In this document: positions 37,040 to 47,091 of the stretch, in pieces | How the letters are laid out: every line of letters starts with the position of its first letter | Position numbering within the stretch: position 1 is the stretch's first letter | Translations under genes and position numbers: made by a program | The notes under the pieces: model-generated | What the model was told of the DNA's origin: nothing | Database searches by the model: none | The model's input: only the letters and a program-made list of their open reading frames with translations | Origin: an uncultured Planctomycetota bacterium | GTDB taxonomy: Bacteria > Planctomycetota > JACOTG01 > JAUIME01 | Assembly: GCA_964597885.1 (NCBI GenBank) | Contig: CAZQZX010000007.1 | Coordinates: forward strand, 809-64,808 | Length of the DNA: 64,000 bases | Direction: 5' to 3'

Positions 37040-37477
37040 TCAGGAAGAGGTGCCGCCCGGTTCCGGTGGGTTCCCGAATCCGGCGTACGAGCCGAGGAAT
37101 CGCTGGAGGCTCTCGCGTCGGAAGGATTCGAGATCCCAGCCCTCGTCCGAGAGGCGTTCTCGGTGCTCCTCGTGGAACAGGTAGGTGTCGGCGGGGATCG
37201 GCCCGTCCTCGGCCGCGATCTCGATGCGAATCCGGCGGTAGAGCGATCCCTCGAACGCGTCGAGGCGGCGGAGGCTCGCGAAGTCGATGTCGAGCTGAAG
37301 AACGCCCGGCGTGCGCGCGCCGGCTTCGGGGACGAGGCCCGGATAGCACTCGCCGGCGACGCGGTAGCAGCGATACCCGTCGAGCACGGCGGGAATCCCC
37401 CGGAAGCGCGCGCCGGTGACGCGGTGGAGGATCTCGTCGAGCTGCAGCGTTCCGTAGACGAAGAGGTGCGTCGGCAT
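37040..37477 (-). CDS. Gamma-glutamylcyclotransferase (AIG2-like)
   Basis: LFVYGTL, YPGL, LDAFEGSLYRR. Confidence 0.88.
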   Translation of the reverse strand: MPTHLFVYGTLQLDEILHRVTGARFRGIPAVLDGYRCYRVAGECYPGLVPEAGARTPGVLQLDIDFASLRRLDAFEGSLYRRIRIEIAAEDGPIPADTYLFHEEHRERLSDEGWDLESFRRESLQRFLGSYAGFGNPPEPGGTSS

Positions 37478-37563
37478 GGTGGGTATCTTGCGATTGCGGG
37501 CTCGTCCTCGCAAGGGGCGGCGCGGTCTTTTCCACGGCGCATCGAGCGTGTAGGCTTGGCGCC

Positions 37564-39366
37564 ATGATCCCACGACGAATCGCGAGCCGGGTGCTGACTT
37601 GGATGGCGGCGGCACTTCTCCTTGCGGGATGCCGATCGCACGAGCCTTCGAGCGTGCCGGAACCGAAGGGCCCGGCCCGCCCCAACGTGATCCTCATCAT
37701 GACGGACGATCAGGGCGCGGGAGATCTCGGCATCGCCGGGAACCCCGTGATCGAGACGCCGAGCCTCGATCGTCTCGCGCGGGAGAGCGCTTCGATGTCC
37801 GCGTTCTACGTGCATCCGGTGTGTACGCCGACGCGGGCCGCGCTGATGACCGGCCGCTATCCGTACCGCACCCGAGCGATCGACACGTGGATCGGGCGCG
37901 CGATGATGGAGCCGGACGAGATCACGATCGCCGAGCTGCTTCGCGACGCCGGATACGCGACCGGCATCTTCGGGAAGTGGCACCTCGGCGACTGCTATCC
38001 GATGCGCGCGATGGATCAAGGCTTCGAGGAGTCGCTCGTGCATCGGGGCGGCGGTCTCGCCCAGCCCTCGGAGCCGATCGAGAACGAGCGCCGGTACACC
38101 GATCCGATCCTGTTCCGGAACGGGGAGTCCGTGGCGACGGAAGGGTACTGCACGGACGTGTACTTCGACGCGGCTCTCGACTGGATCGAGGCGTGCCACG
38201 AAGGCGAGCGCCCGTTCTTCGCGTACGTCGCGACCAACGCACCGCACGGGCCCTTCCACGATGTGCCGGCCGAGCTGTACGAGAAGTACCGCGAGTCGGA
38301 TTTTGTCGGCGTGCTGCGAGAGGACCAGACGAAGGCGCGCGATACGACGGCGCGGATCTTCGCGATGATCGAGAACATCGACCAGAACGTCGGTCGGCTG
38401 CTCGAGAGGCTCGAGGGACTCGACATCGCCGACGATACGATCGTGATCTATCTCCACGACAATGGCCCGAACGGCGATCGCTACGTCGCCGACCGACACG
38501 ACGTCGAGCGGCGCGGCCGGAAGTCCCAGGTCTTCGAGGGCGGGATCCGCTCGCCGTTCTTCGTTCGATGGCCGGCGCGCCTCGTGGCCGGCACGACGAA
38601 CGATCGCATCGCCGCCAACATCGATGTGCTCCCGACGATCGCCGACGCGTGCGGCGTGCCCCTGCCGACCGACCGGCCGATCGACGGTCGGAGCCTTCTG
38701 CCGCTTCTCGAGGGGCGTGCGTCGACGGCCTGGCCCGAGCGGCGGCTCTTCCTGCAGTCGCATCGCGGCGACGAGCCGGTCCTCGGTCACAACTTTGCCG
38801 TGCGCGGGGATCGCTACAAGCTCCTCCGTGCGAGCGGATTCGGCCGGGAAACGCTGCCGGAGCGTCCGCCGCCGTTCGAGCTCTACGATGTCTTGGACGA
38901 TCCGGGCGAGACCGCGAACCTGGCGACCGAGCGCCCCGAGATCGTCGCGCGGATGTTCCGGGAGTACCGCATGTGGTTCGACGACGTGTCCTCGACGCGT
39001 CCGGACAACTACGCGCCTCCGCGTATCGTCGCGGGGACCCCGAACGAACGCGTGACCTGGCTCACGCGACAGGACTGGCGCCGGATCGCGGGCGGCGGCT
39101 GGGGCCAGGGGGGCGAGTGGCGGATCGAGGTTCCGACGACGGCGCGATTCGACGTCGTCGCCCACGTCCGGGAGCCCTTCGCCGGGACGGCGCGCTTCGT
39201 GGCCGGCGAGCGGATGGCCGAGGTCGCGGTGTCGAGCCCGACCCGCGCGATTCTCTTCGATGCCATCGACTTGCCGGCGTCGCCGCTCGACCTCCGCATC
39301 GAGCTGGAGCGCGACGGAGAGGTCACGGGGCCGTACCAGGTCGAGCTTCGCTGGCTCGGCCCGTGA
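37564..39366 (+). CDS. Arylsulfatase (Cys-type, FGly-dependent), lipoprotein
   Basis: Lipobox LLAGC; PNVILIMTDDQG, CTPTRAALMTGRY, GKWHLG, DNG, EGGIR. Confidence 0.93.
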   Translation: MIPRRIASRVLTWMAAALLLAGCRSHEPSSVPEPKGPARPNVILIMTDDQGAGDLGIAGNPVIETPSLDRLARESASMSAFYVHPVCTPTRAALMTGRYPYRTRAIDTWIGRAMMEPDEITIAELLRDAGYATGIFGKWHLGDCYPMRAMDQGFEESLVHRGGGLAQPSEPIENERRYTDPILFRNGESVATEGYCTDVYFDAALDWIEACHEGERPFFAYVATNAPHGPFHDVPAELYEKYRESDFVGVLREDQTKARDTTARIFAMIENIDQNVGRLLERLEGLDIADDTIVIYLHDNGPNGDRYVADRHDVERRGRKSQVFEGGIRSPFFVRWPARLVAGTTNDRIAANIDVLPTIADACGVPLPTDRPIDGRSLLPLLEGRASTAWPERRLFLQSHRGDEPVLGHNFAVRGDRYKLLRASGFGRETLPERPPPFELYDVLDDPGETANLATERPEIVARMFREYRMWFDDVSSTRPDNYAPPRIVAGTPNERVTWLTRQDWRRIAGGGWGQGGEWRIEVPTTARFDVVAHVREPFAGTARFVAGERMAEVAVSSPTRAILFDAIDLPASPLDLRIELERDGEVTGPYQVELRWLGP

Positions 39367-39459
39367 TTTTTCGGTGGAATCCACGACCGCGGATCGCGAC
39401 GATCGTAGAGATACGAGAGATCGATTCCGGACGGACGAACGAGGCGACGAGAACCGACC

Positions 39460-41801
39460 ATGAATCAGACGGTGCTGGGCTGGCTCGCGGGACTGGCGAT
39501 GGGGGCCGTGATCGGGTTCGTCCTGTTCGCGATCCTCGGGAGCCGCAGCGCGGTGGATCCGCCGGTGCTCGAGCCGCGAGGAACGAGCCGCGCCGAACGA
39601 GAGGACCGAGAATCCGTCCGTGAGATGCCGCCTCCGCTCGAGCGGAGGTCGGTGGCCGGAACGGGCGGATCGCGTGCGCTCTCGAGCGCGCTCGACGCGA
39701 TTCCCGAGGAGCGCTACGGACGAGGCAACGGCAGGATCACCGGCCGGGTGACCGACGAGACGGGTCTTCCGCTCGCGGGCGTGCTGGTGCGCGCGACCGC
39801 GAACCAGCGCAGCAACACTCCGTTCCGGATGCCGGGCACGCCGCCGCCGAGGCCGAGCCTCGAAGAGGAAGTCCGCGAGCTGGTGGACCGTCACCGTCGG
39901 ACGCGCGCTCTCGAGCGCGAAGCGAGAACGGACGGCAACGGTCGCTACGAGATCCGCGGGATCGTCGACACCGAGGAGTACCGCCTCTCGGCATACCTCG
40001 AGGGGTACTCGATCCGGGCCGGCGAGCGCGGCCGGGATCGCGAGGCCGAGTCCGGCGATGTCGTCGACTTCCGCGGCTCCGTTCGGCTCGTCCTGATCGT
40101 CGACGTCGTCGACGAGAACGGCAACACTCCCGAGGAGGCCCGCATCGCGACGCGACAGGGACGCTCCGATGACTCGCATTCGTGGAGGCCGGACCGCCCC
40201 GAGATCGCGCTCGAACCGGGATCGTACGTCGTCAACGCGACGGCCGGAGACGACAGCGAGCTCCAGTCCGAGGACGCGAATGTCACCCTGAAGGAGGGGG
40301 AGCCGACCCGCGTCACGCTGACGCTTCGATCGAGGCGCGGGATCATCGGACGGGTGAGCTTTGCCGAAGGCGACCGCACCGAGCGCGCGTACGTGCGCTG
40401 CATCAAGTACAGCGGCGACGAGGCGCCGACCGAGAAGGACCTCGCGAGCCGCGGCCGCCCCGACAGCGTCAGCCCCTCGCGTCCGAAGTTCCAGTTCTGG
40501 GATCTCGCGCCCGGTCGCTACCTCGTGGGTGTGGGGCGGAGCTGGGCGTCGTGCTTCGATATCTCGTGGGGGCGCGTGTCCCGTTCCGGGAGTGGTGTTC
40601 CGTTCTGGGGCGCGCTCTGGGCGTGGGGCGGAGCTGGGACGGGATCGATTCGACCGAGACCGTCGATCTCGGGGACGGGATCACCGAGGTCGATCTGTTT
40701 CTCAGCGCTCCCGAGGACGGCAGCGCGATCTTGCTGTACGCCTACGGGCCGGACGGAGAGCTCCTCCGGGATGTGAGCGCACGGGTGATGGCGCGGTCCG
40801 GCGAGACGGGCAACGAGAGCCTTCGCGTGGCCCTGTCGACGCGGCCCGAGGGCGGGCACTGGGTGACGATGGACAGCGTCGAACGCTTCGTCAGCCGCGT
40901 GACCCAGGGGGATGCCACGTTCGAGCTGATGGTGACCGCGACCGGTCACGGCTCGGCGAGCACCGAGTTCCGCTACGGTCAGGATCGCGAGGTAACGGTC
41001 AACTTCTCCGAGACCGCGAGTCTCGAAGTGTCGATCGAGGGATACGACGGCAGTGGCTACGAGGGCGAGCTGAATGCGGATCTCGTCCGTGAGGGCGCCT
41101 CGAACCGCGACCCCCGAGGGCAGCGTGGCCGCGGATTCGACGACTCGGGGCGAAAGACGCTCGGTCCGGTGCAGCCGGGAGACTACACGCTGCGCATACG
41201 CCTCCAGGCGGCGAGCTTCTGGTCGAGCAAGGTCATCGCCGCGATTCCCGTGACGCTCGTGCCCGGGATGAACCGGGAGTCGGTGCGTCTCCCGCGCCTC
41301 TACTCGCTCGTGGTCGATGTCGCCATGGATCCGCAGCCCGAGTCGCTGTACCTGTCCTATCGCGAGAAGAACACCTGGTGGGCGGATTCTGCCGAGGTGA
41401 AGCCGAACGGACAGGCGCGGTTCGACAACATCCCCGCCGGCGAGTACACGCTTCAGGCCGAGGATCGCGGCGACGACAGCCGGATGTCCGTGCGGGTTCC
41501 CACCGAAGGCATCGTGACGTATCGTCCGGCATCGCTGAACGCTCTGGTGGTCCGCATCCGGGACCGCGATGGAAGCTACGGCGATCTGGGCCTGCGCGAC
41601 GGCGACCTGGTGATCGGAGTCGACGGCGTCGAGCTCGACAATTCCTACGCCATCCAGGCCAAGCTCGTCGAAGCGAAGGCGCGCGACACGATCACGCTTC
41701 TTCTTCAGCGCGGCGGCTCGCGCGTGGAGCTGACCGTCGATCCGCGGAAGCTCGCGGACGAACGGTTCCGCGGCGGCTCGATGGTGCCGACGCGCCGGTA
41801 G
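39460..41801 (+). CDS. Membrane-anchored carboxypeptidase-regulatory-like (Ig) repeat + PDZ protein, interrupted by a 92-bp insertion
   Basis: N-terminal TM; ITGRVTDETGLPLAGV and RTDGNGRY repeats; C-terminal PDZ GLRDGDLVIGVDG; frame change resolved by removing 40547-40638. Confidence 0.72.
40531..40638. repeat. 16-bp direct repeat bounding a 92-bp insertion
   Basis: GTGGGGCGGAGCTGGG at 40531-40546 and 40623-40638. Confidence 0.8.
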
Positions 41802-41828
41802 AGAAGCGCGGCATCGCGAACGGCGGCG

Positions 41829-43409
41829 CTACTTCTCGCCCGGGAACGGGTTCGCGGCGTCGTGCTTTTCGAGCGTGTACGTCTTCAGGTTCTTGCCGAA
41901 GTTGCCGGCCCACCGGCGAGCCGTCTCGTGCGCACCTTCGGGCAGGTCCTCGAGGACGATCACGTCGACGCCGCGTCGGATGAGGCTCGCCGATCCTCGT
42001 GAGGACACAAAGGACTCGACGTACTCCGTTCCCGCCTCGGTCTTCCGCGATTCCTTTCGCGGTTTGGACTGGGGGCTGCGCATTTTCACGAAGGCCTCGG
42101 CGAACTGCTTCGCGTCCTTCTCGGTATCCCACGTCGAGACCCAGATCAGCGCCGTCTCCCCCGGGGCATCGCGGCGAGCGAAGACGGCGTAGCGGTCGCC
42201 GTCCCATCCCTCGGCAGCGCGCTCGCTCTTGCGCCGGCCGAGCTCCGGGCGAAAGAGCAGACCGATGGCGAGCTCGCCGAGGACGTTCTGGTCGACGAGC
42301 TTCCACGCCTCGGAGTCGAGCGGCATTCCGTCCGGCAAGGTGATCTCCATCGGCGGGTCGTACTTCCGGGAGGTCTTCGGGTACTTCTCGGGATGGAGGA
42401 TCTGCTCGGTGCTGAGCGGTGGATCCTTGTAGGCGCGGTCGACCGGGGCCCAGCTTCCCTCGGAGGTCAGCGACTGGCAGAACGCGAAACCCTCGACGTA
42501 CGGAAAGAGCAGCGATTCGCGGTACAGGAGCGGGGCCCGGGAGAACGTGTCATCGCCGGACGTGGGGAGCGCGAACCGCATCGACCATCGCATCATCAGC
42601 GACAGAGATCGCCGCTGCAACACGTAGCGTCCGAGCTCTTCGTCGAACGGCTCGATCAGCATCGCGAGCGAGGCATCGCCTTCCATGAGGGCGGACTGCG
42701 CGAGCATCATGTCGTCGTCGTGCTCGGCGGATCGCGACATCGAGAGCAGATCGTGGTGCTGGTCGGTCAGCGCGTGGATGAGCTCGTGTGCGAGGGTCAG
42801 CTGCTCTTCGGCCGGGTCGAATGCGAGGACCTCTTCTTCCTCGTCATCGCCGCCGAACAGTCTCTCGAGGAAGCCCTTGGGCTTCTCGTCTTCGGGCTCT
42901 TCCGGTTCGGGCTTTTCGTCTTCGGGACTCGGGGCCGCGGTCTCGTCCGTCGGAGTCTCGCGGATGAGGAACAGCGCTTTCTCGTCCGGATCGTAGAAGC
43001 CCGCGATCTCCTCGGTGAAGAGCGTGGTGATGAGCTCCTTGAGATCGAGGTCCGGATCGTAGAAGCCGAGCCGCGAGAACGCGAGCCGCTCGGCTTCGAT
43101 CTCCTCGTCCGGGTACTCTTCGGCCATCTCTTCGAGCACGAACGAGCCGAGCTCTTCCCGCGTCAGGTACCGGGCTTGCACCGGGTGTTTGAACGGAAGC
43201 TCACGAAACATCGGGAGCAGCGCAACGTACCCCTCGCGCCATCGCTCGAGGGCCGTCTCGTACTCTTCGGCCTCGGCCCACATCTCGCCTTCCATGATCT
43301 TGGCGCGGGCGTTATCGAGCGTCTGCTGGCGCTTCGATTCCTGAGCCAGGACGGACGTCGGTGACGCGAGCACGAGCACGACCCCGAGGATGGCGAGCGC
43401 GCGGCTCAC
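41829..43409 (-). CDS. Secreted putative zinc metallopeptidase (gluzincin-like)
   Basis: Signal peptide; AGFYDP, LAHELIHALTDQ (HExxH), ALMEGDA, FPYVEG, PPLSTEQILHP, GWDGD; acidic insertion. Confidence 0.8.
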   Translation of the reverse strand: MSRALAILGVVLVLASPTSVLAQESKRQQTLDNARAKIMEGEMWAEAEEYETALERWREGYVALLPMFRELPFKHPVQARYLTREELGSFVLEEMAEEYPDEEIEAERLAFSRLGFYDPDLDLKELITTLFTEEIAGFYDPDEKALFLIRETPTDETAAPSPEDEKPEPEEPEDEKPKGFLERLFGGDDEEEEVLAFDPAEEQLTLAHELIHALTDQHHDLLSMSRSAEHDDDMMLAQSALMEGDASLAMLIEPFDEELGRYVLQRRSLSLMMRWSMRFALPTSGDDTFSRAPLLYRESLLFPYVEGFAFCQSLTSEGSWAPVDRAYKDPPLSTEQILHPEKYPKTSRKYDPPMEITLPDGMPLDSEAWKLVDQNVLGELAIGLLFRPELGRRKSERAAEGWDGDRYAVFARRDAPGETALIWVSTWDTEKDAKQFAEAFVKMRSPQSKPRKESRKTEAGTEYVESFVSSRGSASLIRRGVDVIVLEDLPEGAHETARRWAGNFGKNLKTYTLEKHDAANPFPGEK

Positions 43410-44323
43410 GGCGTGATCGTGAATTCGACCCTCGATTCGGCGAGGAGGTCTCCCTCGTCGATGGTGCCGTCGTCGAACGATCCCGGCACCGCGGCGGCGA
43501 GCCAGAACTGATAGGTGCCCGGCGGCTCGTTGCCGTTCACGAGGCGCTCGATCACCGGCGTGACGCCTCGCGCGAACGGTGCCCCAAGCGGAACGCCGGC
43601 TCGGATCGGACGGAGCGAGGTCGCGTCCGACAGTCGAGCCCGCACCACGCGCAGGTCGAAGTTCGTGAAGTTGCGGATGCGGTCGCCGTCGGGGAGGATC
43701 ACGCCGAAGTAGAGGTCGACGTTTCCGCTCCCCGGGAGGTTGTCCGCGAAGAGCGAAGCGCGGAGGGTATCGCCCGGTGCGAGCTCCGTCGCCTCGGGGA
43801 CGACGTTCAGGCCGAAGGTCGGGCCGGGAACGGTGGAGTTGATGCGGATGGCCCCGAAGAGCGCGGGGATGCCGCCTTCGCAGTGTTGTTCGAAGTTCGC
43901 GGCGAAGCTCACGACCTCGCCGCCGCCGTCGTACACGGCTTCGAGAACCGTGAAGCGTCCCGTCAGCTGGTTACAGCCGCGACCCTGGCCGAAGACGGAG
44001 CGTCCGGGCTCCGAGGGGTCCTGGAACGGGAAGCGCGTCGCGCCTTCGAACAGGCCCGGCGCGAGATCGACCTCGAACGCCGCCGCGAAGTCGAGCGTCC
44101 AGAAGCCGCCGGGATCGGCGTCGATGAAGACCCTCACGCCGTTGTCGAAGTTGCGGCTGACGGTGAAGTCGCCGTCGCTCTCGGGGATCAGGAGCGTCTG
44201 CCCCTGGCCGACGAAGTCGCCGGGCTCGCTGTCGATGTAGAAGTAGGTTTCCTGAGCGACGACGGGAGTGACGACAAGAGCGAGAATCGAAACGAAGAGC
44301 GTGGCTGCGATCGCGCGCGGCAT
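43406..44323 (-). CDS. Secreted two-domain hypothetical protein
   Basis: AAGGAGG RBS; signal peptide; SEPGDFVGQG, GRGCN, FEQHCE; Ig-like C-domain; GTGA overlap with the peptidase gene. Confidence 0.8.
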   Translation of the reverse strand: MPRAIAATLFVSILALVVTPVVAQETYFYIDSEPGDFVGQGQTLLIPESDGDFTVSRNFDNGVRVFIDADPGGFWTLDFAAAFEVDLAPGLFEGATRFPFQDPSEPGRSVFGQGRGCNQLTGRFTVLEAVYDGGGEVVSFAANFEQHCEGGIPALFGAIRINSTVPGPTFGLNVVPEATELAPGDTLRASLFADNLPGSGNVDLYFGVILPDGDRIRNFTNFDLRVVRARLSDATSLRPIRAGVPLGAPFARGVTPVIERLVNGNEPPGTYQFWLAAAVPGSFDDGTIDEGDLLAESRVEFTITP

Positions 44324-44456
44324 GTCCGAAACCTCCTTGGGGTGATCTTCTCGTTTTCCGACGGACCCGCACCCATGGTAACGGCCGGTGCGTCGTCGTC
44401 AACCCGCGCCCGGCGGGGGCTCGGCACCCGCGCCGGCGGATTGCTATCGTTCCGCC

Positions 44457-44891
44457 ATGGCACGGAACAAGCGCCCCAAGAAGAAGGGCGGATCGCGACG
44501 CGGATCCTCGCGGTCCAGTGCGGTCTCGCTCGGCAGGTTGTGCTCGCAGGTCGAGCAGGTCGTCGGCCTCACGCTCGCGGAAACCGGCGAGGATCTCCTG
44601 CTGTCGATCGAGATCCGGGCGGTGCGTCCGCATCCGGACGAGCGGCGGTTGAAGGTCGTGGTCGGTCCCGTCGAGGGGCATCCCGATGGCGAGGTGCTCT
44701 TCGCGCTGCAAGCCGTCAAGCCCCGGCTCGTGAATGCGATGGCGTCCGAGGTGACGCGGCGGCGGCTGCCGGATCTCGAATTCGAGATCGATGCCTTGGC
44801 CGAGCCGGACATCCCCGAACCGGACGTGGCGGAAGGCGAGGGGGACGACGACGAGGATCCGGAAATCGGCGAGGACCTCGAGGTCGACTGA
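44457..44891 (+). CDS. Ribosome-binding factor A-like protein (paralogue)
   Basis: LCSQVEQ, AVRPHPD..RLKVVV, RRRLPDLEF match the RbfA fold; basic N-terminus and acidic C-terminal tail. Confidence 0.7.
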   Translation: MARNKRPKKKGGSRRGSSRSSAVSLGRLCSQVEQVVGLTLAETGEDLLLSIEIRAVRPHPDERRLKVVVGPVEGHPDGEVLFALQAVKPRLVNAMASEVTRRRLPDLEFEIDALAEPDIPEPDVAEGEGDDDEDPEIGEDLEVD

Positions 44892-44905
44892 CGAGCCCGA
44901 GGCGA

Positions 44906-45715
44906 TCAGCCCTTGCGGTCGGCCTCGCGGTGACGTCGTTCGCGTGCGGCCGTGTCCTGCTTGTAGAAGTCCTGCAGAACCTCGTACAGATCGGGTCGCT
45001 TCTTCTGCATGTCGATCGGCCGATCGAAGAAGAACTCGGTCCCGACCGCGAAGAACTCGGCGACGTTCGTCGCGCCGTACTTGTCGAGGAACGTCTTCTT
45101 CCCGCGCTCGACCCGATCCTGAAGCGCCGCGAACTCCCGCGTGCACACCTCGATCCACCGCTGCATCTGCTCGCGGGTTTCCATCGGCGGCGTTCCGTCG
45201 ACGAGACCGTCGACCATGTCGAGCTTGTGCGCGAACTCGTGATACACGACGTTGTGCCCGGACTCGGGATGGCGGCCGCCTTGCTGCACGGCATCCCAGA
45301 CGAGGAGCACCGGGCCGCCCTTCATCGCCTGGCCCGAGATGGGGATGTGCTCCTGGGCGACCGATCCGCTCTGCAGCCACTGCGAGGGCGTGCTCGGCGT
45401 CACGACCGTCGACGGATACACGAGGATGCTCTTCACGCGACGGTACAGATCGTGATCCTCATGCCCGAGGAGAAGCAGGCACGCCTGCGCCGAGATGGTC
45501 ACGCGGATCTCGTCGTCGAGCTCGAGGCCCCCGCAGCCCTCCCAGTTCTTCTCGGAGAGGAACACCTGCAGCAGGTCGCGGAGCCGGCTCTTCTCGTCGT
45601 CGTCGAGGTAGGCCCAGTGCGCCATGTTGCGCTCGAGGATCGGGATCCAGTCCTCGGGGAACGGGTCCTCGAGGATCTCGCGCCTTCGTCGCTCGCGTAG
45701 CCAGTCGAAGATCAT
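44906..45715 (-). CDS. mtfA: MtfA-like zinc peptidase (M90)
   Basis: ISAQACL, ILVYP, NVVYHEFAHKLD, YGATNVAEFFAV. Confidence 0.92.
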   Translation of the reverse strand: MIFDWLRERRRREILEDPFPEDWIPILERNMAHWAYLDDDEKSRLRDLLQVFLSEKNWEGCGGLELDDEIRVTISAQACLLLLGHEDHDLYRRVKSILVYPSTVVTPSTPSQWLQSGSVAQEHIPISGQAMKGGPVLLVWDAVQQGGRHPESGHNVVYHEFAHKLDMVDGLVDGTPPMETREQMQRWIEVCTREFAALQDRVERGKKTFLDKYGATNVAEFFAVGTEFFFDRPIDMQKKRPDLYEVLQDFYKQDTAARERRHREADRKG

Positions 45716-45727
45716 CGCTCTGGCGTC

Positions 45728-46972
45728 CTAGCCGGCCGCGCCGACGGCATTCTGGATGTCGGCGAGCGCGTCGAGCACCTGCGTGATGTCGGCCTCGGTG
45801 TGGCACGCGTTGATCTGGATGCGCAGCGTGTCGTCACCTTTCGGCACGACCGGGAACGCGAGCCCGACGACCAGGATGCCGCGATCGAAGAGCTCCTTCA
45901 CCCACTGCTTCGTCTTCTGCGTGTCGCGGATCATCAGCGGCACGACGGGGTGAGGCCCGGGGATCGTCTCGATGCCGAGCTCTTCGACGCCTTCGCGGAA
46001 CTGCGCGATCCGAGCGTGGAGATGCGCGAGCCGCTCGCGTCCCTCGGGCCCGTCGACGATCTCGACCGAAGCCACCGCCGCCGCGCAGTCGGCCACGCCG
46101 AGCGGGTTCGTGTAGATGTAGGTGTCGGCCTTCTGGCGGACGGCGTCGACGAGCGTCTCGCTTCCGGCGATGAAACCGCCGTTGACGCCGAACGCCTTGC
46201 CGTACGTGCCGACGAGGATGTCGCACTTCGCCCCGCAATGCTCTTCCGTGCCGCGTCCCGTCTTGCCGAACGCGCCGATGCCGTGCGAGTCGTCGACGAC
46301 CGTGATCACGCCGTCCCGGAACCGTTCGTGGTGCTTCGCGACGAGCGCGTTGATCTCGTCGAGCGGACAGACATCGCCGCGCATGCTGAAGATTCCGTCG
46401 GTGATGACGACGACCCTCGTGATCCCGTCCGGGACCTCGTCGAGCCGCTGCGCGAGCTCCGCCATGTCGTTGTGCTTGTAGATCGAGCGTCGCTCGCGCG
46501 GGACGTTCGCGATGCGCATCCCGCGGATGATGCAGTTGTGGTTCAGCTCGTCGCCGATCCAGAAGGTCGTCTTGTCGGTGAGCGTCAGGCACAGTCCGAG
46601 GTTCGCCGTGTACGCCGAGTTGAAGATGCGGCACGCCGGCTTTCCGACGAACGCGGCGGTGCGGCGCTCGAGCTCGTGGTGCTGGTCGAAGGTTCCGTCG
46701 ATGAAGCGCACCGCTCCGGGGCCGACCCCGAACTCGTGGCACGCCTTGTCCGCCGCCTCGATCATTGCCGCGTGGTGCGACATCGAGAGGTAGCTGTTCG
46801 AGTTCAGGCGGATGAAATCCTGATCGGACCCTTCGAGCCGGTAGCGCGGACCGCGATCGCCCGCAGGCGGCACGTAGCCGACGATGACTCGTTCCGGGGC
46901 CTTGGCGCGGCCTTCGTCTTCGAGGGCCGAGATCTCGGTCTTCAGGGTGGCGTCGAGCTTGTCGAGTGACAT
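45728..46972 (-). CDS. kbl: PLP-dependent alpha-oxoamine synthase (2-amino-3-ketobutyrate CoA ligase / BioF family)
   Basis: NSYL, AVRFIDGT, DELNH, DGIFSMRGD, DDSHG, GTYGKAFG, FPVVPKG. Family is secure; the Kbl assignment is less so. Confidence 0.75.
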   Translation of the reverse strand: MSLDKLDATLKTEISALEDEGRAKAPERVIVGYVPPAGDRGPRYRLEGSDQDFIRLNSNSYLSMSHHAAMIEAADKACHEFGVGPGAVRFIDGTFDQHHELERRTAAFVGKPACRIFNSAYTANLGLCLTLTDKTTFWIGDELNHNCIIRGMRIANVPRERRSIYKHNDMAELAQRLDEVPDGITRVVVITDGIFSMRGDVCPLDEINALVAKHHERFRDGVITVVDDSHGIGAFGKTGRGTEEHCGAKCDILVGTYGKAFGVNGGFIAGSETLVDAVRQKADTYIYTNPLGVADCAAAVASVEIVDGPEGRERLAHLHARIAQFREGVEELGIETIPGPHPVVPLMIRDTQKTKQWVKELFDRGILVVGLAFPVVPKGDDTLRIQINACHTEADITQVLDALADIQNAVGAAG

Positions 46973-47091
46973 GAGGAACTCCTGTTTCGGTAGGGTCCCG
47001 TCAGGATAGGTCGCGGCCCCCGAAAGGTCCACCGTGAGGGGGCGTGGAATCGTGCCCGAGCCGTCCGTCGCGTGGGAGGAGCGGGTCCGCG

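Noticed and set aside
36916-40179. N-terminal ~1090 aa of the 1823-aa minus ORF
   Set aside because: Overlaps the sulfatase, GGCT and 39460 genes; the real gene starts at the signal peptide at 36915.
46973-47091. Glycine riboswitch upstream of the kbl-like gene
   Set aside because: The conserved GGAGA, CCGAAG and CUCUCAGG elements are absent.
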